A stretch of DNA of 64,000 bases, from NCBI GenBank assembly GCA_036867785.1, contig CP145409.1, positions 1,860,001 to 1,924,000 on the forward strand. The letters run 5' to 3'. The translations under genes and the position numbers were made by a program. This stretch comes from Plasmodiophora brassicae (lineage: Eukaryota). The notes beneath the pieces were generated by a model, which saw only the letters and a program-made list of their open reading frames with translations, had not been told where the DNA came from and searched no databases. Of this stretch, positions 11,921 through 24,063 are shown piece after piece (position 1 is the stretch's first letter; each line of letters starts with the position of its first letter).

Positions 11921-13448
11921 CTACCCGGACGTCCCCTCCGCATCCTTCATCGGTTCGTCGTCGGCGGCGGCGACGGCGGGTTTCGCGGTGCCTTCGTTCT
12001 CGACGTGGTCGATGCCCATCTCGTACGTGTTCATGACGACGCCGTTCGGCGTCGGGATCAGCTCCAGCACTGGGCAGCCCGTACGTCAGTGGCAGGCGTG
12101 GGACACACACACATGATCGGACGACCGTCTCTGACCTGAATGCGATGGGAACACCATCTCCGGGATGTCGGGACGCGCCGTGCCCAGGAAGTACCCGAGC
12201 AGGCAGCGAAGCACGGCCTTGTGCGACACGATCAGGACCGGGTGGTCGGCGAGCTCGACGTCGAGGACGACCTGGTCGATGCGCTCGATGACGTCGGCGT
12301 AGCTCTCGCCGGACGGGTACCTGTACCCGAGCTTGTCCTTCTTACGCGCCGCAAACGCGGCCGGGTCCACCGCCCGGATCTGCTCGTACGTCATGCCGGC
12401 GAACACGCCCGCGTCGATCTCCTGCAGGCACGACAGGCGCCTCATCGGCGCCGGCACGTCGATCAGCGCCGCCGTGTCGATCGTCCGCTGCAGGCAGCTG
12501 GTCCAGACGTGCAGGCCGTCCAGCGCCGGTTCGCGTTCGCGCACGAACCCGGCCAGGGCGATCGCGAACTCGCGGCCGCGGTCGGTGATGGTCGAGTCGC
12601 CGCCAATGTACCCGCCCAGGTTGTCCTTGCTCTCGCCGTGCCTCGACACCAGGATCGGCTTGTCGCACAGGGTCAGGTGCGACACGAACCTCAGGATCAC
12701 GCGCTGGACCGCACCTAACGCCCAACCTGATGCTCAGCAGGGGCGCGGGTTCCGACAGGGAACGCTGTGCCCCACCTTCCACGTCCCGGTGCCCGACCAT
12801 GATTCGTGGTGCGTCGCCGACGACGATGACGGCGCCGTTGCCCGGGTCGACGGTGTCGATCCACAGTCGCTCCACGTCGCCGTCGGCTCGGGCGCGGATC
12901 CAGTCGCGGTCGCTCGTCGCGACGTGCACGACGGCGACGCCACCGGTGCACGCGTACGCGACGCCGGATTCGTACGCGTCGGCGCTGGTGTCGTGCCTGT
13001 GCCGGAACGAGGGCGTGGTCGGCACCAGTGATGGGCGCGTGGTGAACAGGCGGCACCGGAGGCCTTTCCAGGCGAGGTACCTCGCGATCCGGTTCGAGAT
13101 GCTCGACGCGCGATCGCCGTCGCCCACGACGATCACGGCCAGGCGGGCGCTGGACCGGGCCAGGTCGTCGTTGGCGGTGGGCGGGACAACGAGCAGCGAG
13201 CGGGTTCGCAGCAGGCGCGCCCCGTCGAACGACGAGGAGCGCCTGCGAGGCGCCACCGCGTCCGGTGCCTCCAGCGTCGACATTGAATCGCGCAGCCGCC
13301 CTGTGAGGGGCGATGCCGCCGTCGCCAGCCTGCCGACGTTCAGTTCGTTCTGGAATCGGCGGGGCGGGGCCGTGCAATGCAGGACCCACCCTAGCAGCAT
13401 CTGCGCGATGGCCGCTTCGCTGCCCGAGCGTCGCAACCCAATCATCAT
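11921..13448 (-). CDS. Fructose-2,6-bisphosphatase (PFKFB-type histidine phosphatase) with vestigial kinase domain
   Basis: RHGES, LQEIDAG, RYPSGESY and VSH phosphatase motifs; upstream ISNRIARYLAWKGLRCRLF resembles the PFK-2 N-terminus. Start is tentative. Confidence 0.8.
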
Positions 13449-13746
13449 CGTGTGTGTTGTGGGGGGTACACGATGGTGCAAGTGGCCGACGGGCGCGCGC
13501 TCGGCCGATGCGCGCCCGGCTGTGCGTCCAGGAAGGGCCTGATCGTTCACCGAACAAGGGGGGCACCTCCGGGCCCTTCCCCCACGAGCGCCCGTTCGAG
13601 CCCGGTTCTGGGCCTTACTACCCCCGTTCACTGAACCGGTGATGCACAAGCGTTTCCGACGACATCGTTACGCCGCTGAGATGCACTCGACGTGAACCCT
13701 GTCAACGATAAAGACGTGACGCTGCTTTACGTCGTTCGTCGGACGC

Positions 13747-14781
13747 TCAGGCGCCCGAATCGGTGTCCTCGCCCGGGTTCGGCAATGGCGATGCGATGGT
13801 TGCTAGCAGTTGGGCAGCACGATCAACGGCCGCCTGCACCACCAGCTTGCGCAAAGCGACGTGATCGCGTTGCGTCAGGGGGTACGGCTGGGCAATCGGC
13901 ACCTTGGTCGCGACACGCTCTCGGACGGGGCACGTCTGGCACCTGCCCAGCCAGTTGCATCGGCAGGGCTCATACCCGACCTGTGCGCGTCGTGTCACAC
14001 CGCCCCAGAACACACACCATAGCACGTACGATTCGTGTCGACGTTTGCTCCTCGTACCCGGCGACGTGTTCGGCGACGCTGACCTCGACGGTGGACACCA
14101 GAGCGCATGTCGAGTACGCCGGCACGCCTCGGGACATGGATTTCGTGCTCCAGAACGCCATGAAGGAGTAGGCGGGCCCTGACGATTTGCCCTGCACACT
14201 GCTGTGCACGGACGTCTCCGGCAGGATCGCGTCCATGGCGACCACCTCCATCGGCGCGCTTTGCAATTGCCGACGCAGCGCGGCTCGAACGGCGTCGACG
14301 GTCTGCCCTTCGACACAGGCCGCCCCGGCGTACGTGTTCAGCCTTCCTAGCAGCCATGCGTCGATGACGGCCGCGCCGCCGCCGCCGCTCACGTCGCCTG
14401 TGCTCAACGTCAATCCGACGCACGCCCAGCCACACGGGACGACAACGTACGATGACGGTCGACGAAGGTCGCCAGGTGCGCGTAGGGGCCAGGCGACGAT
14501 TCGTCAACGCGCGTCACCATCGCCACGAGCATGGCCGTCAGTACACCGGCGGCGATATGCCGCCAATGGGTGGACGACAGCACGAGCGTGTGCGGGTACG
14601 ACACGAAACGACACAGCGACGCCAGCGTCGAGTCGGCAACGGGAGGCAGGCGCACCATCGTCATCGGTGGACCGGCGTCGGAGGCTCGCCCCGATCCCGG
14701 ACGGACGTTCGGAACCCGCCAGCGGAACAGATCGGACGGGATGGGATACAGCAGCGCCTGTAAGGCGAGGGGGGAGCGCAT
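13747..14781 (-). CDS. Hypothetical protein, multi-exon
   Basis: Three adjoining minus-strand ORFs separated by intron-sized gaps; Cys cluster CRCNWLGRCQTC in the last exon. Confidence 0.4.
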
Positions 14782-14945
14782 GATTAGCGACAGGCGAGTG
14801 CCCTGTCGTTCGGGGTGTGGCCCGTCGACAGAAATAGTGTCGCAGGGTGCAGCCCCGCCCCAGCCAGGACCCGGCCGGAAACATTCGCATCAGGTCAGTC
14901 GGCGGAGCGTGTGGGACCCGCAGACGTCGCGTACGATACACATCC

Positions 14946-17554
14946 ATGGGCGGTTGGTGCCTTCGTTTCGGAGCCGTGTGGCCGTCGCTCGTCGTGATCG
15001 CGGTCGGCGTCGGGGTCGTCGACGCTCTCGGCCTTCGATCCGGCGACAATGTCACCCGGATCGTCAACGCGAGCGCTGCCGTCGAGCACTCGCAGGTGCT
15101 GCTGAAGGCCCTGATCGATGCCGATGGGGACGGCGGCACCATCACGCTGCCCAATGTGGCCAGCAGCGAGCTGGAGCAGATCGTCGAGTTCATGAACACC
15201 GTCCCCCATCACGAGGTAAACGTACCAGCGTACGTGCTCCTTCGTCACTGACCACCCGATAGGTTCGTCTCGCTCAGCAATGGGCCCAGGACCAGTTGGA
15301 CGCATCTGGCCTGGATGCACAGTGCTGTCTGTTAACCACCGCAACCTACCTCGACATGCACCCGCTCATGACCGCAATCGCGTCCACGAAACGTACATGG
15401 CGTGATTTCTCTGCCATACGCGACAAGGTCCACCACGACGCGTTATCGTTCGTCGTGGACGAGGCCCCTGGTATGGTCCGTCTTTCACAGGTCGCCGCCT
15501 CCGACGCCCAGAAAGACATCGTTAAGCGAATTCGCGACCTGCTCATGGCCGGTGGAAATGCCACCATCGTCAACAGTCTCCGGTGGAACGTCCTCGGCAA
15601 CGTGTTGCACTGGGCTATACGCCATGGAAACGAATCGGTCGTCGAGCTGCTGGCGACCGCCCCCGGGATCGATATCAACGCTCAGGACAGGTTCCAGAAG
15701 CCGCCATTGTTCGTCGCCGTATCTCAGGGGCACGTCCGCGTCGTCGAGCTGCTGCTGAGGTGCCCCGATGTCGACGTCAATGCCGGCAACCTCTTTATGG
15801 AGACGCCCCTGCTCAGAGCCGCGTCACTCGGGAACCCCGACCTGATCGAGTTGCTGCTGAAAGCGCCCGGGATCGACGTCAACGCCGGCGACATGCAACA
15901 GGTCACACCGTTACACGTCGTGGCGTCGTCCCCCCGGTTCGATGACCCAGAACAGCAACCCAAGTTGCAGCGATGCCTCGAGATGCTGCTGAGTGCCAAC
16001 GAAATCGACGTCAACGGGCGCGACCTTGACAACATGACGGCCCTGCACTGGACGGTTGCCAGCGAGCACGCCGTCGGCGCTGCGCTCCTGCTCGCTGCTC
16101 CTGATGTCGACGTCAACGCCCACGACTGGCGCCTGCAAACACCGTTGCATTTGGCAGCGATGAAAGGGCACGTTGGCATCGTCCAGGCGCTGCTGAGCCA
16201 CCCCAGCGCTGTCGATGTGAACGCGCGGGACGAAACGCGGAAGACGCCGTTGCACCTGGCAGCGACGAACGGTCATACCGACGTCGTTCGGGCGCTGCTC
16301 CAGAACGCTGGCGTCGAGGTGAACGCTCGGGATCAGAAGAGGATGACGGCGTTGCACAGGGCCGTCGACCAGCAGCATGCAGACGTCGTCGCATTGCTGC
16401 TGAACGCCACCGGAACCGATCTCAACGCCAAGGACGCCCGTCAGATGACGGCATTGCACATGTCCCTGCTCGAGGAAGAACCCGACGCGGGCGTCGTCTC
16501 GTTGCTGGTGAGGGCCCCCGGGATCGACGTCAACGCTGCCTGCTGCTCTTCGTGGACCCCTCTGCATTTGGCCGCTGCTCTCGGCGACGTCGCAGCTGCT
16601 GACCTGCTCCTGAACCATCCCGCGATCAACGTCAACGCCCGCGATGGAAACCGCATGACGCCGTTGCAGAGGGCGGTTATCCGTCGGAACGTCGGCGTGG
16701 TCGCGCTGCTGTGCCTTGTTCCGTCTGTCGACGTCAACGCTGCCCACGACGACCTGAGGACGTCACTGCACTGGGTGACAGGCAATGCTGAGATCGACGT
16801 GAGCATCGCTGTCGTGTTAACGAGCGCCCCCGGGATCAACGTCAACGCCCGCGACGTTGATGGGCGAACGCCTCTGCACTGGGCAGCGGCCATTGGGCAC
16901 GACGATGCTGTCGGCGTACTGTTAACCGCTGATGGGATCGATGTCAACGCTCGCGACAACGACCGACGGACGCCGTTGCATTGGGCCGCTGCCGGTGGAT
17001 ACAACGCCACCGCCAGTTTGTTGTTGGACCATCGTCCTGGCGTGGACGTCAACGCGCTAGACAGGGACGTCGTTGCGCCTCTGCATGTGGCCGTTAGCAA
17101 CGGCCATACCGGCGTCGTCGAGCTGCTGATGAACGATCCAGAGGTCGACGTCAACGTTCGCGACAGGTTCCTGCGGACGTCATTGCATTTCGCCGCTGCC
17201 ACTGGGCAGGCGCACGCGGCCGCATTGCTGCTGAGCCATACCCCCAGCGCCCTCACCAGCGCTCGCGACGTGCGACACAGGACGCCGCTGCACGTGGCCG
17301 CGTACTTTGGCCACGCTGGTGTTGTTATGCTGCTGCTCACGACGGCCGATATCGCGGTGGACGCCAGGGATGCGTACCAGAGGACGGCGCTCGACTATGC
17401 GACGTACCGCCGCCACGGCGCGATCGTATCGCTGCTCAAGGCCCGTCGTCTCGGGCGGCGTCCTCACCGCCTGGATGGCGTCGTCGGGACCTTCCGCTCC
17501 GTCAACCTTGGCACCGACTGGGGATACTATACCAGAGGCGACTTGTCGACCTAG
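14946..17554 (+). CDS. Secreted SKP1/BTB-like + 18 ankyrin repeat protein (copy A)
   Basis: Hydrophobic leader; LRSGD..TITLPNV..IVEF..LLTTATYLDM; intron 15216-15262 joins the exons in frame; 18 ANK repeats. Confidence 0.9.
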
Positions 17555-17790
17555 ACATCGGGCAGGCGGTGCAACGTGCTCCATGATCTATACAACCAGG
17601 CGTCGTCCGTTGACATTTATACGCAAAGCGCGAATGGGGGTGCAGCATAAGGCGTTCCCAGGTTGGCGCTCTGTGGGGGCAGGGGGAGAGTACGCCGAGA
17701 CAGAAATAGCGGGGGGTTGACTGGCGCGCGCAGACGTGCGCTGCGTGCCCTGCCCCCGCGCATCGAGCACCGCGAACGACCGGGTACGAC

Positions 17791-20199
17791 ATGTCCAGCG
17801 GCGGCAATCGTCGTCTGCGCCGCCACAGGGCGACATGGGTGTCGCTGGGCGTGTTCGGCCTGGTCCTGGGGCTGGGCGACGCCGTCCTCCGGCTGCGCTC
17901 GAGCGACAGCGTCTGCCATGTCGTGAACGCGAGCGCCGCCGTCGCCCACTCGGAAGCATTCCGGGGCGTGGTCGCCGCCACCGCCGCCACCGTCGTCCTG
18001 CCGAACATCGGCAACGCCGCACTGGCGCCCATGGTCGAATTCATCCATCGAACCGCCCCTGCTGACCAGGTACACGTCTCGTCGTGCTACGCTGTAATCG
18101 TTGCCAAAGGGCCAGTTCGCCGAGCAGTGGGTCTTGAACCGTCTGGCAGTCGACGGTCTGGATGCCCAATGCTGCCTGATGACCGCCGCCAACTACCTCG
18201 CCATGTTCACGCTGATGCAGGCGGTCGCGTCCACGAAACGTACCTGGAGCGATTTCGCTGCCATGCGCGGGATGGTCCACCGCGACGCGATGTCGTTCCT
18301 CGTGGGCCACGTCCCAGGTACCGCCCGCCTGCGGCAGGTCGCGGCAGCATCAGGCAGTGCTGACCAGCACGCGACCGTCCAACGAATCCACGATTGCATC
18401 GTCACTGGCCGTGGCAGTGCCACGTTCGTCAACAACGTCCGGTGGGATAAGTACGGGAACCTGTTGCACTGGGCCGCTCGCCATGGCGACCCATCGATCG
18501 TGGCATCGACGTCAACGCATGCGACAGGTTGAACAAGCCGCCCTTGTACACGGCCGTATCCGCCGAGCACGTGGACGTCGTCGAGACGCTGCTAATGTTC
18601 TCAGGCGTCGATGCCAACGGCCGGGCGTTCTTCCTGGAATCGCCCCTGCACCGAGCCGCGTCGTTGGGGAACCCGGCGGTCATTGCCATGCTGCTGGGTG
18701 CGGCCGCGATCAATGTCAACGCGCGCGACACTGAACACGCCACACCCCTGCATGTCCTGGGGGCATCCTCTCGGTTCGACGATGGGGCGCACCAACCCCA
18801 GCTACGACGCAGCGCCGAATTGCTGGTGAACGCACCCGGGATCGACGTCAACGCCGCCAACGAGGACAACATGACGGCCCTGCACTACGCCATCATCCAC
18901 GAGCGCACCGTCGTTGCACAGGTGCTGCTCAGTGCCTCCGGTATCGATGTCAACGCGGGCGACCGCGACCAGGACGCGCCGATCCATGTGGCGGCGGATG
19001 CAGGCCAGGCTGACATCGTCCAGGCGTTGCTGGGCCACCGCCCCGTCCGTGTCGACGTGAACGCGCGCGACCGCAAGAACAGGACCGCCTTGCACAGGGC
19101 CGTCATGCGTGGACGCGAGCACGTTGTCAAATTGCTGCTGAACGCCACCGACATCGACGTCAATGCGCGAGACGTCCATCAGACAACATCGTTGCACCGT
19201 GCCCTGGTTCGGGACGTACCCAACGTCAACGTGATCACGTTGCTGGTGAACGCTCCTGCGGTTGACGTTAACGCGGGGGACGATACCCTGTGGACGCCGC
19301 TGCATGTGGCCGCTGCTCGTGGACAGACGGCGGCCGCTGAGGTTCTCCTGAGTCATCCAGACATTGACGTGAACGCTCGCGATTGGACCCAGACGACGCC
19401 GCTGCTGGTGGCGGTGAAACGCCAGAGACTCGACGTGGTCGCCCTGTTGCTGGGCGTCCCGGCTGTCGACGTCAACGCTGGCGACGACGACCTGGCAACA
19501 CCATTGCATTGGGCGGCATCCAGTATCGAGGTCGACGCGAGCGTCGCTGAGTTGCTGCTGGCGACCCCTGGTATCGACGTCAACGCCCGCGATGGCCACC
19601 AGGGCACGCCTCCGCATTGGGCAGCGTCCGTCGGATACGGCCAGGTTGTCAGGGCGCTGATGAACGCTGTCGGGATCGACGTCAACGCCCGCGACATCGC
19701 CCAGCGGACGCCATTGCACTGGGCCGCCCTTGGCGGATACGTCGACGCCGTCGACCTGATGCTGGGCCACTCTGACGTTGACGTCAACGCGCAGGACATC
19801 GGTCAGATGTCGCCGCTGCATCTGGCCATCCGCAACGGGAACGTTGGCGTCGTCGAATCGCTGATGAAGGCGCGCCAGGTCGATGTCAGCGTCGGGGACG
19901 AATTCCAGCGGACGCCATTGCATCTGGCCGCCCGCCTTGGCCAGGAACAAGGTGCGGCGTTCCTGCTGCTGAAGGCCACCAGCGCGACTGTTAATGCTCG
20001 CGACGTGAACCGCACAACGCCTCTGCACGTCGCTGCCGCCCTTGGACATGCTGGGATCGTCAAGTTGCTGACGACCGTGGCCGGGCTCGATGTGCACGCC
20101 AAAGACCTGGATGGCATGACCGCGCTGGAGTACGCCCTGGGTCGCGCCCATCATGGTGTCGCGTCGCTGCTGGGTTCGTACGTGCCCGGAAGACGTTGA
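17791..20199 (+). pseudogene. Secreted SKP1/BTB-like + 17 ankyrin repeat gene (copy B), frameshifted in ANK1, possibly splice-rescued
   Basis: Intron 18070-18109; 22 nt missing between 18501 and 18502 relative to copies A and C; the downstream 556-aa frame is intact. Confidence 0.7.
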
Positions 20200-20462
20200 C
20201 CGCGTGGGTGGACCTGGAGGACCCACACAGAAGAGCTAGAAACAGTACACGTCGACTAGCGCGCCCTGCAAGATGCGGTCCTTGGGACAGGCCGCCGTGC
20301 GCCGACTCGGGTCGCTCGCCTCAGTCGACACGACTCGCCAGAATTAGGTCCTTCCGCGTCCGCCGCAAGCCTCCGGGCCTGGGGAGCCCGGCCATGTGAA
20401 ACGTGCAGCAGCTCGCTGGCGCTGAGGACGGCGAACACGCGCGCACACACACACATAGACAC

Positions 20463-22969
20463 ATGTTCAGGACCAACCGGTGTATGAGGACTACCATGTG
20501 GATATCGCTGGCCGTGCTTGTTCTGCTATCCGGGGGCGACGCAGCGCTCAGGCTGCGTTCCAGCGATGGGGTCGCCCACGACGTCGACAGGCGCGCGGCG
20601 AGCGCCCACTCGGACGTGCTGAAGCACCTGCTGCCGGCCGGCGGCTCCAGCGGCACCGTGATTCTGCCCAACGTCGCCAGCGGGGAGCTGGCGCCGATTG
20701 TCGAGTTCATCAACACCACCGCCGATTATGACGTACGCACCCGGCACGCACGCCCCGCCCCCCGTGTCTGAGCACTGAACAGGCCGACGTCGCCGAACGA
20801 TGGGTCCTGGACAAGCTGGCAGCATCAGGGGTTGCCGAGCAGTGCCGCCTGGTGACCGCCGCCAACTACCTCGCCATGCACCCGCTCATGAGGGCGATCG
20901 CGTCCACGAAGCGAACATGGGGCGACTTCGCCGCCATGCGCCAGGTGCTGCACCCGGATCCGCTATCCTTCCTCGTGAGCAACGCCCCCGCTGTCGTCCG
21001 CATTCAGCAGGCCATGGCCACCGACGATCAGATCGCGATCGTCGAACGGCTCCGTTGTCTCCTGAACGCGGGCGGAAACGCGACCTTCGTCAATAACGCA
21101 CCATGGGACGCCTGCGGCAACGTGTTGCACTGGGCCGTACGCCATGGGGATCGACCGATCATCGAGCTGCTGGTAACCGCCCCCGGGATCGATGTCAATG
21201 CTCCTGACGCGTCGCAGAGATCGCCGCTGCACCGCGCTGTCGCTGCCGAGTTCGCCGACGTCGTCGCGTTGCTGCTGAAGTCCCCCGATGTCAACGTCAA
21301 CGCCCGGAACGCGCTCCTGGCGACGCCCCTGCACAGAGCCGCGCAGCTCGGCAACGCTGGCATCATTGGACGGCTGCTGCATGCGCCCGGGATCGACATC
21401 AACGCGCGGGACGACGATCTGGTCACGCCGCTCATCGCGTCGGTGTCGACGCAGCGGTTCGACGACCCCGCGCACCGACCGGAATGCCACGCGAGCGCCC
21501 TGATGCTGATCAACGCGCCCGGGATCGACGTGAACGCAAGAGACGTTGACAACATGACCGCCCTGCACTGGGCGGTCACCCTCAGACACCCCGGCGCGGT
21601 CCTGTTGTTGCTCAGCGCGCCAGCCATCAATGTTAACGTGCAGGATCGCCACCTGCAGACGGCGCTGCACTTGGCGGCGGCGACTGGCCAGGCCGAAATC
21701 GTCAAGGCCCTGCTGAGAGGCCCGACCGAGATCGACGTCAACGCGCGGGATCGGAAACAGTATACGCCATTGCACAGAGCGGTCGCCGGTGGGCACGCAA
21801 AGGTCGTCGCGTTGCTGCTCAACGCCGCCGGCATCGACGTCAACGCAAGGGGACCCCGGCAGATGACCGCCCTGCACGGGGCGCTTGCCAGGCAGGCGCC
21901 CAATGACGACGTCGTGCGGTTGCTGGTGAGCGCGCCCGGGGTCGACGTCCGCGCAGGCGATGGTCATCTGTGGACACCACTGCATTGGGCCGCTGCCCTG
22001 GGGCATATCGCGGCCACTGACCTTCTCCTGACGCACCCGGATATCGACGTTAACGCCCGGGACGCTGCTCAAACGACGCCGCTACTACGAGCGGTTGGCG
22101 GCCGCCACGTCAACGTGGTCGTGTTGCTGCTGAGTGTCCCGACGATCGACGTCAACGCCGGCGACGGGGACCGGATGACCGCATTGCACTTGGTGGCATC
22201 CAAGGCCGATATCGGTCTAGACATCGGTCTCTGGTTGCTGGACGCCCCTGCGATCAACGTCAACGCTCGCGACGATTGCCGACGCACGCCCCTGCACTGT
22301 GCCGCTGCGACCGGGCACGTCGACGCCGTCGACGTGCTGCTGGATTGCCCCGGGATCGACGTCAACGCTCGCGACCACGACCTGCGAACGCCGTTGCACA
22401 GGGCCGTCGTTGCTGGCGTCGCCGGCGTCGTCGAATTGCTATTGAGTTACCCCGGGATTCAGGTCAATGCACCGGACAGGGACCGCATGGCCCCGCTGCA
22501 TCTGGCCATCACCCACAGCCATGGCAACGTCGTCGAATTGCTGATCGGCGCCCTGGACGTCGACGTCAACGCGCGCGCCAAGGCCGGCAGGACGCCGTTG
22601 CATTTCGCGGCGCGTTCCGGTCAGGACGGCGTTGTCGCGCGGCTGCTCAGTGCCACGAACGTTGCCGTCAACGCCCACGACGTGAACCGTCAGACGCCGT
22701 TGCACGTCGCCGCGTCCCGCGGGCACGTCTCCACGGTCAGGTTGCTGGCAAGGGCGGCCGGCGTTGACGTCAACGCGAAGGACGCGCTTCAGAGGACGGC
22801 ACTGGACATTGCCAGGGCTCGTGGCCACGACGGCGTCGTTTCGTTGCTGAATGGCCGCGCGCCGCCGAACGGCACGGCCGATCGCCAGGACCGGGCGACG
22901 CGTCCTGCACGCCAGATGCGTCTCGACTGGGAGTACTATCGCGGATGGTCGCCGCCGATGAGCGGTTGA
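20463..22969 (+). CDS. Secreted SKP1/BTB-like + 17 ankyrin repeat protein (copy C)
   Basis: Leader MWISLAVLVLLSGGDAA, LRLRSSDG..VILPNV..LVTAANYLAM; intron 20733-20782; 17 ANK repeats. Alternative starts at 20484 and 20496. Confidence 0.9.
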
Positions 22970-23076
22970 CCCAGCAACAACAGCGCCCACTATAGACCAA
23001 CCCGATTGTCTGAACTCGTACGCTGGGAAGCCGATCTTGCAAATGTAAGTGTGCCAGGTGCCAAGGAGACGCCCGT

Positions 23077-23810
23077 CACGTTCGACGAAATACAATCATC
23101 AGCCCGCTCCCTACTGCCAGACGGCCGGTTGGAGTTGGCCCCGCGCGTGTATAGACACTTTGATCGTAGAGCGACTATGTTTGGGGTTAATTACCTCGGG
23201 TCGGTGTCGTCCTTCGCGTCAGCTTCGCTCCAGTCAGTGCCCCAATCAAAGAATTTCTCGCTGGGCCCGTCGTGGCGTACGACGACCATCGAGGCGCCAA
23301 ACGGGATATTGTCCCGCGTGATGCCACTGGCATCAGGTTCGACGGCCTCCCTAATCGTCGACTGCCCGATGGCAACGACCGACGATATGGGTTTGCCCTT
23401 GGCTTTCTCCACTTCCTTCGCCATCGCCTCGAAGTCGAACTCCGTCATCACCGACGCCGAGCGCACGCCGAAACATCGCGCTGGGACACCTTCCATAGCC
23501 TGCCGCATATCAACTTCGCGACCCATGCTTCCAGACCTCCACCCACGCCCGACCATACGACGGTTCAGATACGCTACGCCGTAGCAGATAGAGCACCGCT
23601 CGACGTCGCTGTCGCCTTCCTTCCCCATCGTCGCACGCGACAAAAGTGACGGCTTGAAACGCGCAGGAACCTGCCCATTTTGATTGTAGAACCTATACGC
23701 CGGTCACTTGGCTTCGCGAAGCACTGCGCTCGGAACCGCCCCCTCGTGCGACTGAACTGGTCGTCGTCGTGCTGTGGGACTCGCCTTCGCTTTGTCCCAA
23801 GATCGTGCAC
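23077..23810 (-). CDS. Hypothetical protein, multi-exon (boundaries uncertain)
   Basis: Protein-like core ORF 23191-23643 ending at a GTAATT donor; flanking exons not resolved. Confidence 0.35.
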
Positions 23811-24063
23811 ATCGCCGGTCGTGCATGTTCCGTCCCGAATTTGCTCCCCGGAAAACGTCTCCAGCCAACAAGGTATATATCGTCCGCTACCTGGTCAGGC
23901 GAATGCTCAGTCGTGAAACTGGGAACCATTCAATCGGCGCGCATGAAATGGCGGACAAGAGGCTGCCGTCCCGACCTGTAACAGCTACAAAACGGCTGCT
24001 GCCCCAGCGTCGCATGCGGAGTTTGGCCGCCAGAGCGTCAGACGAATAATTGTTCGGTTTGGA

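Noticed and set aside
20540-20570. RxLR-like LRLR after the signal peptide
   Set aside because: It corresponds to the first beta-strand of the SKP1 fold; no dEER motif follows
15346-23095. Repetitive antisense ORFs and periodic GACGTCAACGC DNA repeats resembling an array
   Set aside because: Fully explained by ankyrin DVNA codons at about 100-nt spacing; not CRISPR or a satellite
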